From Cloacibacterium sp. (GTDB taxonomy: Bacteria > Bacteroidota > Bacteroidia > Flavobacteriales > Weeksellaceae), in the NCBI GenBank assembly GCA_046296655.1, contig JBKBLE010000011.1:290-64289 (forward strand): a DNA stretch of 64,000 nt, read 5' to 3'. Positions within the stretch are counted from its first letter, which is position 1. The number at the start of each line of letters is the position of its first letter. Below the pieces are notes generated by a model that was not told where the DNA came from, did no database searches, and saw only the letters and a list, made by a program, of their open reading frames with translations. Made by a program: the position numbers and the translations under genes. This document shows positions 20,984-32,167 of the stretch, in pieces.

Positions 20984-21940
20984 TTAACCTACAAATTTAC
21001 CCATTGCAATAAATTTCTCTTGTCTGTGATTTACTAATTCATCACCAGTGAAATTTTTGAGAGATTTAATATTGGTTAAAATATTTTTCTTCACATTATT
21101 ATAAGCTATTTGAGGGTCATAATGAGCTCCACCAAGTGGTTCTTCTATAATACCATCGATGATTTTTTCTTTTAGCATATCTTGTGGAGTAAGTTTTAAT
21201 GCATTGGCAGCAGTTTCTTTGTGTTCCCAGCTTCTCCATAAGATAGAAGAGCAACTTTCTGGTGCAATTACAGAATACCAAGTATTTTCTAGCATGTATA
21301 CTTTATTTCCTACACCAATTCCTAAAGCACCACCAGAAGCACCTTCTCCAATAATAATGGTGATAATAGGCGTCTTCATTTGGCACATTTCATAGATGTT
21401 TCTAGCAATGGCTTCACCTTGACCTCTTTCTTCGGCTTCTAAACCAGGATAAGCTCCAGGAGTGTCAATGAAAGTAACAATAGGGATTCTGAATTTTTCT
21501 GCTAATTTCATTAATCTAAGCGCTTTTCTGTAACCTTCAGGATTACTCATCCCGAATCTTCTGCGCTGTCTTTCCTTAGTTGTTCTTCCTTTTTGAGTTC
21601 CGATAATCATTACACTTTGACCGTCTATTTTTGCAAGACCTCCTACCATTGCAGGATCATCAGCAAAATTTCTATCACCGTGTAATTCTACAAAACTATC
21701 TTTATCTACTATTCCATTAATAAAATCTAATGTGTACGGTCTGTCTGGATGACGTGATAGCTGAACTCTTTGCCAAGGCGTAAGATTACCGTAGATTTCT
21801 TTCTTTTTTTCGATGATTTTGTCTTCAATTTGGCTACAAGCCAATTTCATATCTACACCGCTTTCTTTACCAACTAAAGAACAAGTTTGGTATTGTTCCA
21901 TTAACTCCTTAATTGGTAATTCAAAATCTAAATATTCCAT
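20984..21940 (-). CDS. accA: Acetyl-CoA carboxylase carboxyltransferase alpha subunit
   Basis: [20 protein letters not shown] and GEGASGGAL motifs. Confidence 0.98.
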   Translation of the reverse strand: MEYLDFELPIKELMEQYQTCSLVGKESGVDMKLACSQIEDKIIEKKKEIYGNLTPWQRVQLSRHPDRPYTLDFINGIVDKDSFVELHGDRNFADDPAMVGGLAKIDGQSVMIIGTQKGRTTKERQRRRFGMSNPEGYRKALRLMKLAEKFRIPIVTFIDTPGAYPGLEAEERGQGEAIARNIYEMCQMKTPIITIIIGEGASGGALGIGVGNKVYMLENTWYSVIAPESCSSILWRSWEHKETAANALKLTPQDMLKEKIIDGIIEEPLGGAHYDPQIAYNNVKKNILTNIKSLKNFTGDELVNHRQEKFIAMGKFVG

Positions 21941-21992
21941 TTTTGTTTAGAATTAATCCTTCAAATGTAGTAAAATTTCTTGTTTGAAAGAA

Positions 21993-23504
21993 TTATTTTA
22001 TTTTTTCTATGGCTAATTTTAGCCTTGTTAAACTTTCATCTTTGCCCAAAATTTCTAATAAATCTGGCACGTCTGGTCCTTTTAATTCCCCAACTAGAGC
22101 GAGTCTAAGTGGCATCATGACTTTCCCAAAACCTAAACCTTTTTCTTCTACAAAATGATGAATTTCTTCCTTCAAAATTTCGGATTTAAATTCTGTAGTG
22201 TTTAATTTTTCAGAAAGTTCTGTCATGATGGAAGCAGTTTCTTCGTTCCAAGCTTTTTTTATTGCTTTTTCATCATAAGCAGCAGGTGCTTCGAAAAAGA
22301 ATTTTCCTTGTGTATAAATATCTTTCACGAAAGTGGCTCTTTCTTTCATTAAACCAATGATTTTTAATAATTTTTCGTCTGAAAGATTGATGTTTTTGGT
22401 TTCTTCTAAATTTTTAAAACTTTCTAAAAGCTCTTCATTAGACTGTTTTTGAAGATATTGATGATTAAACCATTCTGCTTTTTCTTTAGAAAATCTTGCG
22501 CCTGCTTTGTGTACTTTATGCAAATCAAATTCTGCAGCCATTTCTTCTAGACTTAGGATTTCTTTATCATCTGAAGGTGACCAGCCCAAAAGCGCCAAGA
22601 AATTTACAAAAGCTTCTGGTAAATAACCTTCTTCTTTATAACCTTTGTATGTTTCGCCAGTTGCTTCGTCATAAAAATTCATCGGGAAAACTGGGAATCC
22701 AAATTTTGCGCCGTCTCTTTTGCTTAATTTCCCTTTTCCTTCTGGTTTTAGAATTAGAGAAAGGTGGGCAAATTTTGGAGCAGCCCAACCCATTGCTTCA
22801 TATAATAAAACATGTAAGGGCATTGAAGGAAGCCATTCTTCACCACGGATTACGTGAGTGATTTCCATTTCGTGGTCGTCTATAATATTGGCAAAATGAT
22901 AAGTTGGCATTCCATCATTTTTCACCAAAACTTTATCGTCTAAAGTATTGGTGTTCACAGAAGATTTTCCTCTGATGATGTCTTCTAGATTTACGATTCT
23001 ATCAATCGGCATTTTAAATCTTACTACGTAAGGAACGTTTTGATTGATGAGTTCTTGAGTTTCTTGTTCAGAAAGTGTAAGGCTATTTCTCATACTGTTT
23101 CTGGTGAAATTATTGTATGAAAAAACTTCGCCTTTTGCTTCGTATTCTGCTCTTACTTTTTCTAACTCTTCTGGCGTGTCAAAAGCGATGTACGCATAAT
23201 CCGTTTTCAGGATTTCTGCGGTGTATTTGTCGTAAATATCTCTTCTTTCTGATTGTCTATATGGTCCATAATTTCCTCCGTGAATAGGGGATTCATCTGG
23301 GATAATGCCGCACCATTCTAGAGCTTTCATAATGTATTCTTCTGCACCTTCTACATATCTTGCTGTATCTGTATCTTCTATTCTCAGCACGAAATCTCCA
23401 CCTTGATTTTTGGCAAAAAGATAATCATATAACGCTGTTCTTACACCACCTAAATGTAAAGGTCCAGTCGGACTTGGTGCAAAACGCACTCTTACTTTGC
23501 TCAT
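21993..23504 (-). CDS. gltX: Glutamate--tRNA ligase
   Basis: RFAPSPTGPLHLGG (HIGH), KLSKR (KMSKS) and HVIRGEEW. Confidence 0.98.
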   Translation of the reverse strand: MSKVRVRFAPSPTGPLHLGGVRTALYDYLFAKNQGGDFVLRIEDTDTARYVEGAEEYIMKALEWCGIIPDESPIHGGNYGPYRQSERRDIYDKYTAEILKTDYAYIAFDTPEELEKVRAEYEAKGEVFSYNNFTRNSMRNSLTLSEQETQELINQNVPYVVRFKMPIDRIVNLEDIIRGKSSVNTNTLDDKVLVKNDGMPTYHFANIIDDHEMEITHVIRGEEWLPSMPLHVLLYEAMGWAAPKFAHLSLILKPEGKGKLSKRDGAKFGFPVFPMNFYDEATGETYKGYKEEGYLPEAFVNFLALLGWSPSDDKEILSLEEMAAEFDLHKVHKAGARFSKEKAEWFNHQYLQKQSNEELLESFKNLEETKNINLSDEKLLKIIGLMKERATFVKDIYTQGKFFFEAPAAYDEKAIKKAWNEETASIMTELSEKLNTTEFKSEILKEEIHHFVEEKGLGFGKVMMPLRLALVGELKGPDVPDLLEILGKDESLTRLKLAIEKIK

Positions 23505-23613
23505 TTTATGAAATTTTAAGTTGCAAATTTACGATTTTTATAGTTTTCTGATTATTATACAGCACCTAAAATTTTTATTTCTTAGTTTTGCATTCTAATT
23601 TAAATTTAAAAGT

Positions 23614-23958
23614 ATGCTAGAAGTTGGAGAAAGACCTTGGGGAAAGTATTTTGTATTACAAGATGAGCCTAATTTTAAATTAAAGCGAATAGAAGTTTTG
23701 CCTAATCAAAGACTTTCTTATCAATACCATCATCATCGTCAAGAATTTTGGACAATCGTAGAAGGAGAGGCGGTAGTAGTATTAGATGGGGAAGAAAATT
23801 TCTTACAATATGGGCAGAGTATTTTTATTCCTCAAGGAGCTAAACATAGAATAGAGAATCGCAGTGATAAACTTTTGGTTTTTGTAGAAGTACAAACTGG
23901 AACTTATTTTGGCGAAGATGATATCGTAAGAATAGAAGACGATTACGAAAGAAATTAA
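23614..23958 (+). CDS. Stand-alone cupin, mannose-6-phosphate isomerase type II C-terminal-like
   Basis: ERPWG, LSYQYHHHRQEFW, EVQTG and EDDIVRIEDDY motifs. Confidence 0.85.
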   Translation: MLEVGERPWGKYFVLQDEPNFKLKRIEVLPNQRLSYQYHHHRQEFWTIVEGEAVVVLDGEENFLQYGQSIFIPQGAKHRIENRSDKLLVFVEVQTGTYFGEDDIVRIEDDYERN

Positions 23959-23963
23959 AATAG

Positions 23964-23992
23964 AAAATCCCGAAAATACTCGGGATTTTTTT
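23964..23992. terminator. Bidirectional terminator between the cupin gene and rocD
   Basis: AAAATCCCGA-AAATAC-TCGGGATTTT followed by a T-run. Confidence 0.8.
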
Positions 23993-25241
23993 ATTTTTTA
24001 TAATTCAAGATTACTTTTTCTATAATGGCTACACATTCTAACAGTTGTTCTTTGGTAATCACCAATGGTGGAGCAAGCCTTATAATATTGCCATGAGTAG
24101 GTTTGGCTAATAAACCATTTTCTGCAAATTGCATACAAAGATTCCATGCAGTAGGTGATTCTGGAGTATCATTCACCAAAATAGCATTCAATAAGCCTTT
24201 TCCTCTTACTTGATAAATCAAATCTGTCTTTGCAATAATTTTCTGAATTTCTGCACGGAAAAATTTCCCTAATTCTTCTGCTCTTTCTGATAGTTTTTCT
24301 TCTTCTACTACATCAAGGGCAGCTACTGCAACTGCGCAAGCTAATGGATTTCCTCCAAAAGTAGAACCATGCTGACCAGGATGAATTACTTTCATTATTT
24401 CATTATTTGCCAAAACAGCAGAAACAGGATACATGCCTCCAGAAAGTGCTTTCCCTAAGATAAGAATATCTGGCTGAACGTTTTCATGATGACAAGCGAT
24501 TAATTTTCCTGTTCTAGCAATACCCGTTTGAACTTCGTCTGCCACGAAAAGAACATTATGTTTTTTACATAATTCTGAAGCATTTTTTAAATATCCTTCA
24601 TCTGGAACATATACACCAGCTTCTCCTTGAATAGGCTCAACTAAAAATGCGGCGATGTGTTCTGCTTCATCTTCTAAAACCTTTGCTAGTGCTTCAATAT
24701 CGTTGTATGGAATTCTTAAAAATCCGGGTGTAAAAGGTCCATAATTATTGTGTGCATCTTTGTCATTAGAAAAAGAAATGATGGTGGTAGTTCTTCCGTG
24801 GAAGTTGTTTTCACAAACGATTATTTTAGCGTATCCGTCTTTAATTCCTTTGACTTCGTAACTCCATTTTCTAGCAAGTTTAATGGCAGTTTCTACTGCT
24901 TCTGCACCAGAATTCATGGGGAGAACTTTGTCAAATCCGAAAAGCGAAGTAATTTTTTTCTCGTATTCTCCTAAGTTTGAATTGTAGAACGCTCTAGAGG
25001 TAAGAGAAAGTTTATGAGCTTGTTCCGTAAGTGCTTTTACAATTTTTGGGTGAGAATGTCCTTGATTTACTGCAGAATATGCTGATAGAAAATCAAAATA
25101 TTGTTTCCCTTCTACATCCCAAACATATACACCTTCACCTTTTTCTAATACAACAGGAAGCGGATGATAGTTGTGAGCACCATGTTTATCTTCTAAATCT
25201 ATATAATATTGAGCGTTTTTGGTTTGTGTAGCTGTTGACAT
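23991..25241 (-). CDS. rocD: Ornithine--oxo-acid aminotransferase
   Basis: [30 protein letters not shown] and DEVQTG...GKALSGG. Confidence 0.96.
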   Translation of the reverse strand: MSTATQTKNAQYYIDLEDKHGAHNYHPLPVVLEKGEGVYVWDVEGKQYFDFLSAYSAVNQGHSHPKIVKALTEQAHKLSLTSRAFYNSNLGEYEKKITSLFGFDKVLPMNSGAEAVETAIKLARKWSYEVKGIKDGYAKIIVCENNFHGRTTTIISFSNDKDAHNNYGPFTPGFLRIPYNDIEALAKVLEDEAEHIAAFLVEPIQGEAGVYVPDEGYLKNASELCKKHNVLFVADEVQTGIARTGKLIACHHENVQPDILILGKALSGGMYPVSAVLANNEIMKVIHPGQHGSTFGGNPLACAVAVAALDVVEEEKLSERAEELGKFFRAEIQKIIAKTDLIYQVRGKGLLNAILVNDTPESPTAWNLCMQFAENGLLAKPTHGNIIRLAPPLVITKEQLLECVAIIEKVILNYKK

Positions 25242-25340
25242 AACTTTTATAATTTTTACAAATTTACATTTTAATTTTAGAATTTTTCAATAAAAAAAGT
25301 TGCCTTTTTCAAGACAACTTTTTCATTTATTTAAAATGTT

Positions 25341-26699
25341 TTAAATAATGTTTTCGTAAGATTTATCCATTACAAAATCTTCCATAAATTTAGTGGTGTA
25401 ATTTCCTGCAAGATAATCAGGATGCTCCATCAATTGTCTATGGAATGGGATTGTGGTTTTGATACCTTCAATGTAGAATTCTTCTAATGCGCGTTTCATT
25501 TTTGCAATTGCTTCTTCTCTAGTCTGTGCTGTAGTGATGATTTTGGCAATCATAGAGTCATAGTTAGAAGGAATGGTATATCCTTTGTAAACGTGAGTGT
25601 CTATTCTTACTCCGTGACCTCCAGGAATATTTAATTCAGTAATTTTTCCTGGACTCGGACGGAAATCATTAAAAGGATCTTCCGCATTAATTCTACATTC
25701 TATAGAGTGTAATTTTGGATAGTAATTTTTACCAGAAATTGGTTGACCAGCCGCCAATAAAATTTGCTCTTTAATCAAGTCAAAATCTACTACTTGTTCA
25801 GTAATAGGGTGCTCTACCTGAATTCTGGTATTCATTTCCATGAAATAGAAATTTCTATGTTTGTCTACTAAGAATTCTATAGTTCCTACCCCTTCATAAC
25901 CAATATATTCTGCAGCTTTTACAGCAGCTTCTCCCATTTTTTCTCTCAATTCTTCGGTCATGAATGGAGATGGAGTTTCTTCAGTTAGTTTTTGGTTTCT
26001 TCTCTGAACAGAGCAATCTCTTTCTGAAAGATGACAAGCTTTACCATATTGGTCTCCAGCAATTTGGATTTCGATATGTCTTGGTTCTTCAATAAGTTTT
26101 TCCATATACATACCTCCATTTCCGAAAGCTGCAGTAGCTTCTTGTACAGCAGAATCCCATAAATCTCTTAGGTTTTCGGCTTTCCAAACAGCACGCATTC
26201 CTTTTCCACCTCCACCAGCTGTAGCTTTAATCATTACAGGATAGCCAATTTCTTCGGCTAATTTAGCAGCGGTTTCATAGTTAGGAACTAAGCCATCAGA
26301 ACCAGGAACGCAAGGAACACCAGCTTCCTTCATGGTGGATTTAGCCGTAGCTTTATCTCCCATTTTTTCTATTTGCTCTGGAGTAGCACCAATGAATTTT
26401 ATTCCATTTTTTTGACAAATTCTTGAGAAATTTGCATTCTCTGATAAGAATCCGTAACCAGGATGGATAGCATCTGCATTGGTAATTTCTGCAGCAGCAA
26501 TGATATTAGAAATTTTAAGATAAGAATCTTTACTTACAGGTGGTCCTATACAAACAGCTTCGTCTGCGAATCTCACATGCAAGCTGTCTTTGTCTGCAGT
26601 AGAGTAAACTGCTACTGTTTTGATTCCCATCTCTTTACAAGTACGAAGAATCCTCATAGCAATCTCTCCACGATTGGCAATTAATATTTTTTTGAACAT
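25341..26699 (-). CDS. accC: Biotin carboxylase
   Basis: [31 protein letters not shown] and [10 protein letters not shown]. Confidence 0.99.
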   Translation of the reverse strand: MFKKILIANRGEIAMRILRTCKEMGIKTVAVYSTADKDSLHVRFADEAVCIGPPVSKDSYLKISNIIAAAEITNADAIHPGYGFLSENANFSRICQKNGIKFIGATPEQIEKMGDKATAKSTMKEAGVPCVPGSDGLVPNYETAAKLAEEIGYPVMIKATAGGGGKGMRAVWKAENLRDLWDSAVQEATAAFGNGGMYMEKLIEEPRHIEIQIAGDQYGKACHLSERDCSVQRRNQKLTEETPSPFMTEELREKMGEAAVKAAEYIGYEGVGTIEFLVDKHRNFYFMEMNTRIQVEHPITEQVVDFDLIKEQILLAAGQPISGKNYYPKLHSIECRINAEDPFNDFRPSPGKITELNIPGGHGVRIDTHVYKGYTIPSNYDSMIAKIITTAQTREEAIAKMKRALEEFYIEGIKTTIPFHRQLMEHPDYLAGNYTTKFMEDFVMDKSYENII

Positions 26700-26701
26700 C
26701 T

Positions 26702-26793
26702 TTTTAGAAATTTTAAATTTTAAATTTTTGAATTTTAAATTATTTTAAAATGAAAAAGATTCACTTAAAATCTATAATTTATAATTTAAAATT
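26702..26793. repeat. Degenerate 7-nt-period inverted repeat tract in the accB-accC spacer
   Basis: (AATTTTA)n-like left arm and (ATAATTT)n-like right arm. Very AT-rich, so chance cannot be excluded. Confidence 0.35.
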
Positions 26794-26795
26794 AC

Positions 26796-27275
26796 TTATG
26801 ATGGGTCTACTAAGAATAACGGTTGATCATATTCTACAGGAGAAGCGTCATCTACTAAAATTTTAACAATTTTACCAGAAACTTCTGCTTCAATCTGGTT
26901 GAATAATTTCATTGCTTCGATTACACAAACTACTGTGTCATTTTTTACTTCACTACCTACATTTACGAAAACATCTTTGTCTGGAGATGGTTTTCTGTAG
27001 AAAGTACCAATCATAGGAGACTTAATGGTGACGTATTTGCTGTCATCAGAAGTTGATTCAGTTTTTGTTTCGGCAGCAGGTGCAGCAGCAGGAGCGGCAA
27101 TTGGTGCAGCTGCAGGAGCTTGATAAGCTACAGGTTGAGGTACATAACTTACTGCTTCACTACCAGCAAGTGGAGTTTTTATGTTTATTTCGAAATCTTT
27201 TGTTTTGTATTTCACTTCAGAAACACCAGATTTTGCTACGAATCTTATAAGATTTAATAATTCTTTAGAGTCCAT
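26796..27275 (-). CDS. accB: Biotin carboxyl carrier protein
   Basis: Ala/Pro linker, SPMIGTFY and biotinyl-Lys motif EAMKLFN. Confidence 0.98.
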   Translation of the reverse strand: MDSKELLNLIRFVAKSGVSEVKYKTKDFEINIKTPLAGSEAVSYVPQPVAYQAPAAAPIAAPAAAPAAETKTESTSDDSKYVTIKSPMIGTFYRKPSPDKDVFVNVGSEVKNDTVVCVIEAMKLFNQIEAEVSGKIVKILVDDASPVEYDQPLFLVDPS

Positions 27276-27391
27276 ATATATAATTTTTTACGGCTTCAAA
27301 TATAGTAATAAAACAACAAAAAACCATTCAATTTTTCATAAAAAGAGAATGGTTTTTTTATCAAAAAGAAAAAAGCTACGCTTTTTCTTAA

Positions 27392-27592
27392 TTAGTCTTC
27401 AGTAGTTTCTACTTGTTTCTCTAATACTACTTTTCCTCTGTAGTATAGTTTTCCTTCATGCCAATGTGCTCTGTGATACAAGTGTAATTCACCTGTAGTT
27501 GCATCTTTTGCTAATTGAGGAACCACAGCTTTGTAGTGAGTTCTTCTTTTATCTCTTCTAGTAGATGACTGTCTTCTTTTAGGATGTGCCAT
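27392..27592 (-). CDS. rpmF: 50S ribosomal protein L32 (no CxxC zinc ribbon)
   Basis: [19 protein letters not shown]...YYRG. Confidence 0.97.
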   Translation of the reverse strand: MAHPKRRQSSTRRDKRRTHYKAVVPQLAKDATTGELHLYHRAHWHEGKLYYRGKVVLEKQVETTED

Positions 27593-27623
27593 TTTGTAAT
27601 TCTTTAAACTTTATGTAAGATTT

Positions 27624-28148
27624 CTATTTTTTGTCTTTTAATTTTTTCAAAGCTTCCCAACGAGGATCTATTTCGTGGGTTTCTTCTTCTTCAATTTCTT
27701 TGGGACTGAATTTTTCGATGAGTTCAAAATCTTCTTCTTTTACATTAGGAGAGATTTTTTTCATAGGAATAGATAATATTACTGCTTCGTAACTTGCCTG
27801 AGAAATGTTAAAAGCACTATCTCCTTGTGGGATGATAATTACTTCTTCATTACTATCATCATATTTTTCTCCGAATTTTACCAAGAATTTTATTTCGTTT
27901 TCTATAGGATGAGTAAATGTTTCGCTGGTGATGTCACAAACTAAATTTACTGTTCCATGGATTTTAATCAGGAAATCTAAAAAGGTAGAGTGCTTTTCTA
28001 ATAGTACATCTACGTCTATTTTAGCGCCTGAAAACTCTTGTTCAGTCTCGAATAAATCAAAGAACGCTTGTTCTACTTCAAATTTAAATTCGTGCTTTCC
28101 AGTCTTAAGCCCTGAAAATGCTACGTCATAATTTCTAAATTTGTCCAT
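27624..28148 (-). CDS. yceD: YceD/DUF177 family protein
   Basis: CDIT...AVILSIPMKK...DPRWEALKKL, in the canonical position upstream of rpmF. Confidence 0.9.
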   Translation of the reverse strand: MDKFRNYDVAFSGLKTGKHEFKFEVEQAFFDLFETEQEFSGAKIDVDVLLEKHSTFLDFLIKIHGTVNLVCDITSETFTHPIENEIKFLVKFGEKYDDSNEEVIIIPQGDSAFNISQASYEAVILSIPMKKISPNVKEEDFELIEKFSPKEIEEEETHEIDPRWEALKKLKDKK

Positions 28149-28196
28149 AAAAAATGGTGTGCAAAAATAAGTTAATTTTTTTAAATAACAAAAGTT

Positions 28197-29285
28197 TTAT
28201 TCATTTTCTTCTGGTAAATCTTCATCTATACCATTGTCATGAGCTAAAACTCTTGGTTTCAAGCGGTTTTCTATGAGGTCTTGATACTCGTTTCTATTTT
28301 TAAAAATTTTAATTGCTGTAAAAATAGCCTCAGAAAAAGATTGCTCATTTGCTAAATTTTTCCCTGCAATGTCATACGCTACACCATGATCTGGTGAAGT
28401 TCTGATGAAAGGCAATCCTGCAGTGTAATTTACGCCTTCTTCATAAGCTAATGTTTTAAAAGGAGCTAATCCTTGGTCATGATACATTGCTAGAACAGCA
28501 TCAAATGAACTGTATTTCTCTGGTTGGAAGAAACTGTCTGCAGGGAAAGGGCCAAAAGCTAAAATTCCTTCATTAAATAATTCTTTGATAGCAGGTTCTA
28601 TAATTTCTATTTCTTCTTTGCCAATTGCACCGCCGTCTCCAGCATGAGGATTAAGGCCTAGAATAGCAATTTTCGGTTTTTGGATGCAGAAATCTTCAAT
28701 CAATGACTGATTAAGAACTCTTACTTGTTCTTTTATTTTTTGTTTAGAAATATTTTTAGAAATTTCTGAAACAGGAATATGATGCGTAGAAACGGCAACT
28801 TTTAATCCTTCTGTAACGAGGAACATAAGTCCTTTTTTGCCGAATTTTTCTTCAAAATAACCAGTATGACCAGCATGTTTGAAGCCTTGCTTCATCATCT
28901 CGTCTTTATTGATTGGTGCGGTTACCAAAACATCTATTTCGCCTTTCATTAAAGCATCTGTAGCGGCTTCTAGAGAATCTATAGCCATTTTAGTGGATTC
29001 TTCGGTGGGTGTCCCGAAGTTTACATTCACATTGTCTTTCCAAAGATTTACAATGTTGAGTTTTCCATTTGCTGCTTCTTTGGCAGTTTGTACATAATTA
29101 AAAATGGTGTTAATCTTAAACACATTTTTTTGGTAAGAAAATAATTTTCCCGACCCGAAAATTACTGGCGTGAAAAAGTCAGTAATGTTTTTGTCTTTCA
29201 GTGCTTTTAGGATGATTTCTACGCCTATTCCGTTAAAATCTCCTACTGAAATTCCTACCTTAATTTTGTGGTGTTTAGAACTCAT
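28197..29285 (-). CDS. pdxA: 4-hydroxythreonine-4-phosphate dehydrogenase
   Basis: GDFNGIG, TAPINK, GLNPHAGD, MYHDQGL and RTSPDHG. Confidence 0.96.
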   Translation of the reverse strand: MSSKHHKIKVGISVGDFNGIGVEIILKALKDKNITDFFTPVIFGSGKLFSYQKNVFKINTIFNYVQTAKEAANGKLNIVNLWKDNVNVNFGTPTEESTKMAIDSLEAATDALMKGEIDVLVTAPINKDEMMKQGFKHAGHTGYFEEKFGKKGLMFLVTEGLKVAVSTHHIPVSEISKNISKQKIKEQVRVLNQSLIEDFCIQKPKIAILGLNPHAGDGGAIGKEEIEIIEPAIKELFNEGILAFGPFPADSFFQPEKYSSFDAVLAMYHDQGLAPFKTLAYEEGVNYTAGLPFIRTSPDHGVAYDIAGKNLANEQSFSEAIFTAIKIFKNRNEYQDLIENRLKPRVLAHDNGIDEDLPEENE

Positions 29286-29392
29286 TTTTAATTATCTTTG
29301 AATTTTAAAAAAAGATTGTCACAAATTTAGTGATTTTTAATTTATAAATCTTTAATCTAATATTTTTAAACTTTAACTTATATAAACAAAAT

Positions 29393-29977
29393 ATGTTTAC
29401 AGGAATAATTGAAGCGACAGGAAAGGTAGAAAAATTGGAAAAACAAGGGACTAATGTTGTCTTTACTTTTAGAGGTCCTTTTACACAAGAACTTAAAGTA
29501 GACCAGAGTTTAGCGCATAATGGTTGTTGTCTTACTGTAGAATCAATAGATGGTGATTTGTACACGGTTACAGCGATTAATGAAACGCTAGAAAAAACCA
29601 ATTTGGGCGAATTGAAGGTAGGAAGCATAGTAAACTTAGAGCGTTGTTTGAAAATGGATGGCAGATTAGATGGTCATATTGTACAAGGACATGTAGATAA
29701 AACTGGCTCAATTGTTGCTATCGAAAATATTAACGGAAGTTATTATCTAACATTCACTTACGAAGAAGATGGTTCTTTTACCACAGTTCCGCAAGGTTCT
29801 ATTACTGTAAATGGAATTAGTTTGACTGTTGCTGATAGCAAAGAAAATCAGTTTTCTGTGGCGATAATTCCGTACACTTGGGAACATACCAATATGAATA
29901 CTTTAAAAGTGGGAGACCGTGTAAATTTAGAGTTCGATATTATTGGAAAATATGTAGCCAAGTTTATGAAGAGATAA
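29393..29977 (+). CDS. ribE: Riboflavin synthase (alpha chain)
   Basis: MFTGIIE N-terminus, VNLER...GHIVQGHVD and VNLEFDIIGKY. Confidence 0.97.
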   Translation: MFTGIIEATGKVEKLEKQGTNVVFTFRGPFTQELKVDQSLAHNGCCLTVESIDGDLYTVTAINETLEKTNLGELKVGSIVNLERCLKMDGRLDGHIVQGHVDKTGSIVAIENINGSYYLTFTYEEDGSFTTVPQGSITVNGISLTVADSKENQFSVAIIPYTWEHTNMNTLKVGDRVNLEFDIIGKYVAKFMKR

Positions 29978-29980
29978 AAG

Positions 29981-31432
29981 ATGGCATTACATAGCTATAG
30001 CTTAAGAACTAAAATTTTTATAGGATTTATGGTAGTCTGTTTTTTCAGTATCATAGGTTCTACAGCTATGTCTTATCTTATCATCAAAAAATCTACAGAT
30101 GAACAGAGCGTTACAGAAATGCAAAATAAGTTTGAAGCATTAATGAAAACGCTAGATTACGCAGTAAGCCATACTAATATTACTCAAGACAAAGATTTAG
30201 TCAATATTCTCCAAAACGAAATTTACGAGATTTCGGATATCAATAAACATGATGTAATTCTTTATGATTTACAAGGTAATTATTTAGTTTCGAATAAGGA
30301 ACTGAATCTTGTAGCGCAGAAAAAAATTCCTCATGAAACGTTAATGAATGTTTTGGAGTCTGACAAAAGAGTAGATGTACAAGAATACGATCAAAAAGTG
30401 GGCAGCAATGTCACCTCTTCTTATATGATTCTAAGGAATAACATGTTAGAGCCTATTGCGATTGTGTATTTCCCTTTTTATCATAATGATAATATTTATG
30501 CAGGTGCATTTAATAAATATGTTCAGTACATTATTTTGGTCAATCTTTTCCTCATTTTGTTGAGTATTTGGCTAAGTTGGGTGATTTCTAAAAATTTGAC
30601 CAAAACGATTACAAGAATTTCAGAACTCATTACCAGAACTACGCTTTTTGGTAGAGAAATGAAACCGATTAAGTATTTTCAAAATGATGAATTAAGTGGT
30701 TTGGTAAAATCTTATAACAAAATGATTTACCAAATTGAAGATCAAAAAATGCTTTTGGCTAATAAAGAAAGAGAAGAAGCATGGAGAGAAATGGCAAAAC
30801 AAGTTGCCCACGAAGTGAAAAATCCGCTCACGCCAATGAAGTTGCTCATTCAGAATTTTGAGAGGAAATTTGATAAAAATGATCCAGAAATTGACCAAAA
30901 AGTAAGAAATCTAAGTCGAAGTTTGGTTGATCAAATCGATTTAGTAGCTACTGTAGCAAGTGCTTTTTCAGAATTTGCCAAGTTGCCTCCCAAAAATGAT
31001 GAATATTTTAACTTAAAAGAAGAATTAGAAAATTTGGTAAGAGTTTTCAATGATGATGGCAATATTTATTTCCATGCGAATAAAGATATGATGCCGGTGA
31101 GAATGGATAGAATTTATCTTTCTAGGATTTTCACCAATTTGATTACCAATGCAAAACAAGCGGTTTCTGAACAAAGAAAATCCATTATCAATATAGATGC
31201 AGAACTTTTCAATAAGAAAATCATCATCGTTATAGAAGACAATGGAATTGGTATTCCTAAAGATAAATTAGAGCAAATCTTCGAGCCTAATTTTACGACC
31301 AAAAATTCTGGAATGGGACTCGGTTTAACCATGGTCAAAAAAATGATAGAAGAGTATAAAGGCGATATTTCTGTGAAATCCGAAGAAGGAAAAGGAACTA
31401 AATTCACCATTATTCTTCCAACAAACGTTTAA
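29981..31432 (+). CDS. Membrane sensor histidine kinase (HAMP-HisKA-HATPase), orphan
   Basis: Two TM helices, AWREMAKQVAHEVKNPLTP H-box, NLITNAKQA, DNGIG and GMGLGL. Confidence 0.93.
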   Translation: MALHSYSLRTKIFIGFMVVCFFSIIGSTAMSYLIIKKSTDEQSVTEMQNKFEALMKTLDYAVSHTNITQDKDLVNILQNEIYEISDINKHDVILYDLQGNYLVSNKELNLVAQKKIPHETLMNVLESDKRVDVQEYDQKVGSNVTSSYMILRNNMLEPIAIVYFPFYHNDNIYAGAFNKYVQYIILVNLFLILLSIWLSWVISKNLTKTITRISELITRTTLFGREMKPIKYFQNDELSGLVKSYNKMIYQIEDQKMLLANKEREEAWREMAKQVAHEVKNPLTPMKLLIQNFERKFDKNDPEIDQKVRNLSRSLVDQIDLVATVASAFSEFAKLPPKNDEYFNLKEELENLVRVFNDDGNIYFHANKDMMPVRMDRIYLSRIFTNLITNAKQAVSEQRKSIINIDAELFNKKIIIVIEDNGIGIPKDKLEQIFEPNFTTKNSGMGLGLTMVKKMIEEYKGDISVKSEEGKGTKFTIILPTNV

Positions 31433-31468
31433 CTTTTTTACTTTTCTCATTTACTATATTCCTTTAAA

Positions 31469-32164
31469 ATGAAACCTTTTCGATTTCAAAAATTTGATAT
31501 TGTACAGCATGAAAATGTTTTTCGAGTAGGAACAGACGGTGTTTTGCTGGGAGCTTTGTGTCAAGTTGAAAACGCTCAGAAAATCTTGGAAGTTGGAACG
31601 GGAACAGGTTTGATTTCTCTAATGCTCGCTCAGCGAAATGCAAATGCTAAAATTACTGCTTTAGATTTAAATGAAGATGCGGTGAAATTGGCCCAAGAAA
31701 ATTTTAAAAATTCTCCGTTTTCAGAAAGGTTGCAAGTTTTTCATCAAGATTTTAAAACTTTTGCATCGCAAAAAGAATATGATTTTGTGGTTTGTAATCC
31801 ACCTTTTTTTGAGGAAAATAATTCTGTGAAAGATATTTTAGCGAGACAACAAGTAGAACTTACTTTTAGAAATTTAATAGAAAAAGCTTCGAAAATTTTA
31901 TCTTCAGAAGGAATTTTTTCGGTAATTATTCCATCGGAATCTGTACAAGAATTTGAAAACTTAGCTGAAGATTTTGATTTATATTTGGTAAGAAAAGTAA
32001 ATATTTTCGGTATTGAAAACGGTGTTTTAAAACGAAATGTTTTAGAATTTTCTAAGAAAAAATCAGCATTGGAAACTCTTGATTTTACGATAGAAAAAAG
32101 TCCGAGAAAATACTCGGACCAATATTTAGAACTCACCAAAGAGTTTCATGTTTTTGGAAAATAA
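31469..32164 (+). CDS. tRNA1(Val) A37-N6 methyltransferase (YfiC-like)
   Basis: KPFRFQKF...RVGTDGVLLGA, LEVGTGTG and VCNPPFF. Confidence 0.88.
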   Translation: MKPFRFQKFDIVQHENVFRVGTDGVLLGALCQVENAQKILEVGTGTGLISLMLAQRNANAKITALDLNEDAVKLAQENFKNSPFSERLQVFHQDFKTFASQKEYDFVVCNPPFFEENNSVKDILARQQVELTFRNLIEKASKILSSEGIFSVIIPSESVQEFENLAEDFDLYLVRKVNIFGIENGVLKRNVLEFSKKKSALETLDFTIEKSPRKYSDQYLELTKEFHVFGK

Positions 32165-32167
32165 GAT

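Noticed and set aside
29335-29388. Heptamer-like tract upstream of riboflavin synthase / FMN riboswitch
   Set aside because: The periodicity is too degenerate in extremely AT-rich DNA. The leader is too short and lacks FMN riboswitch consensus.
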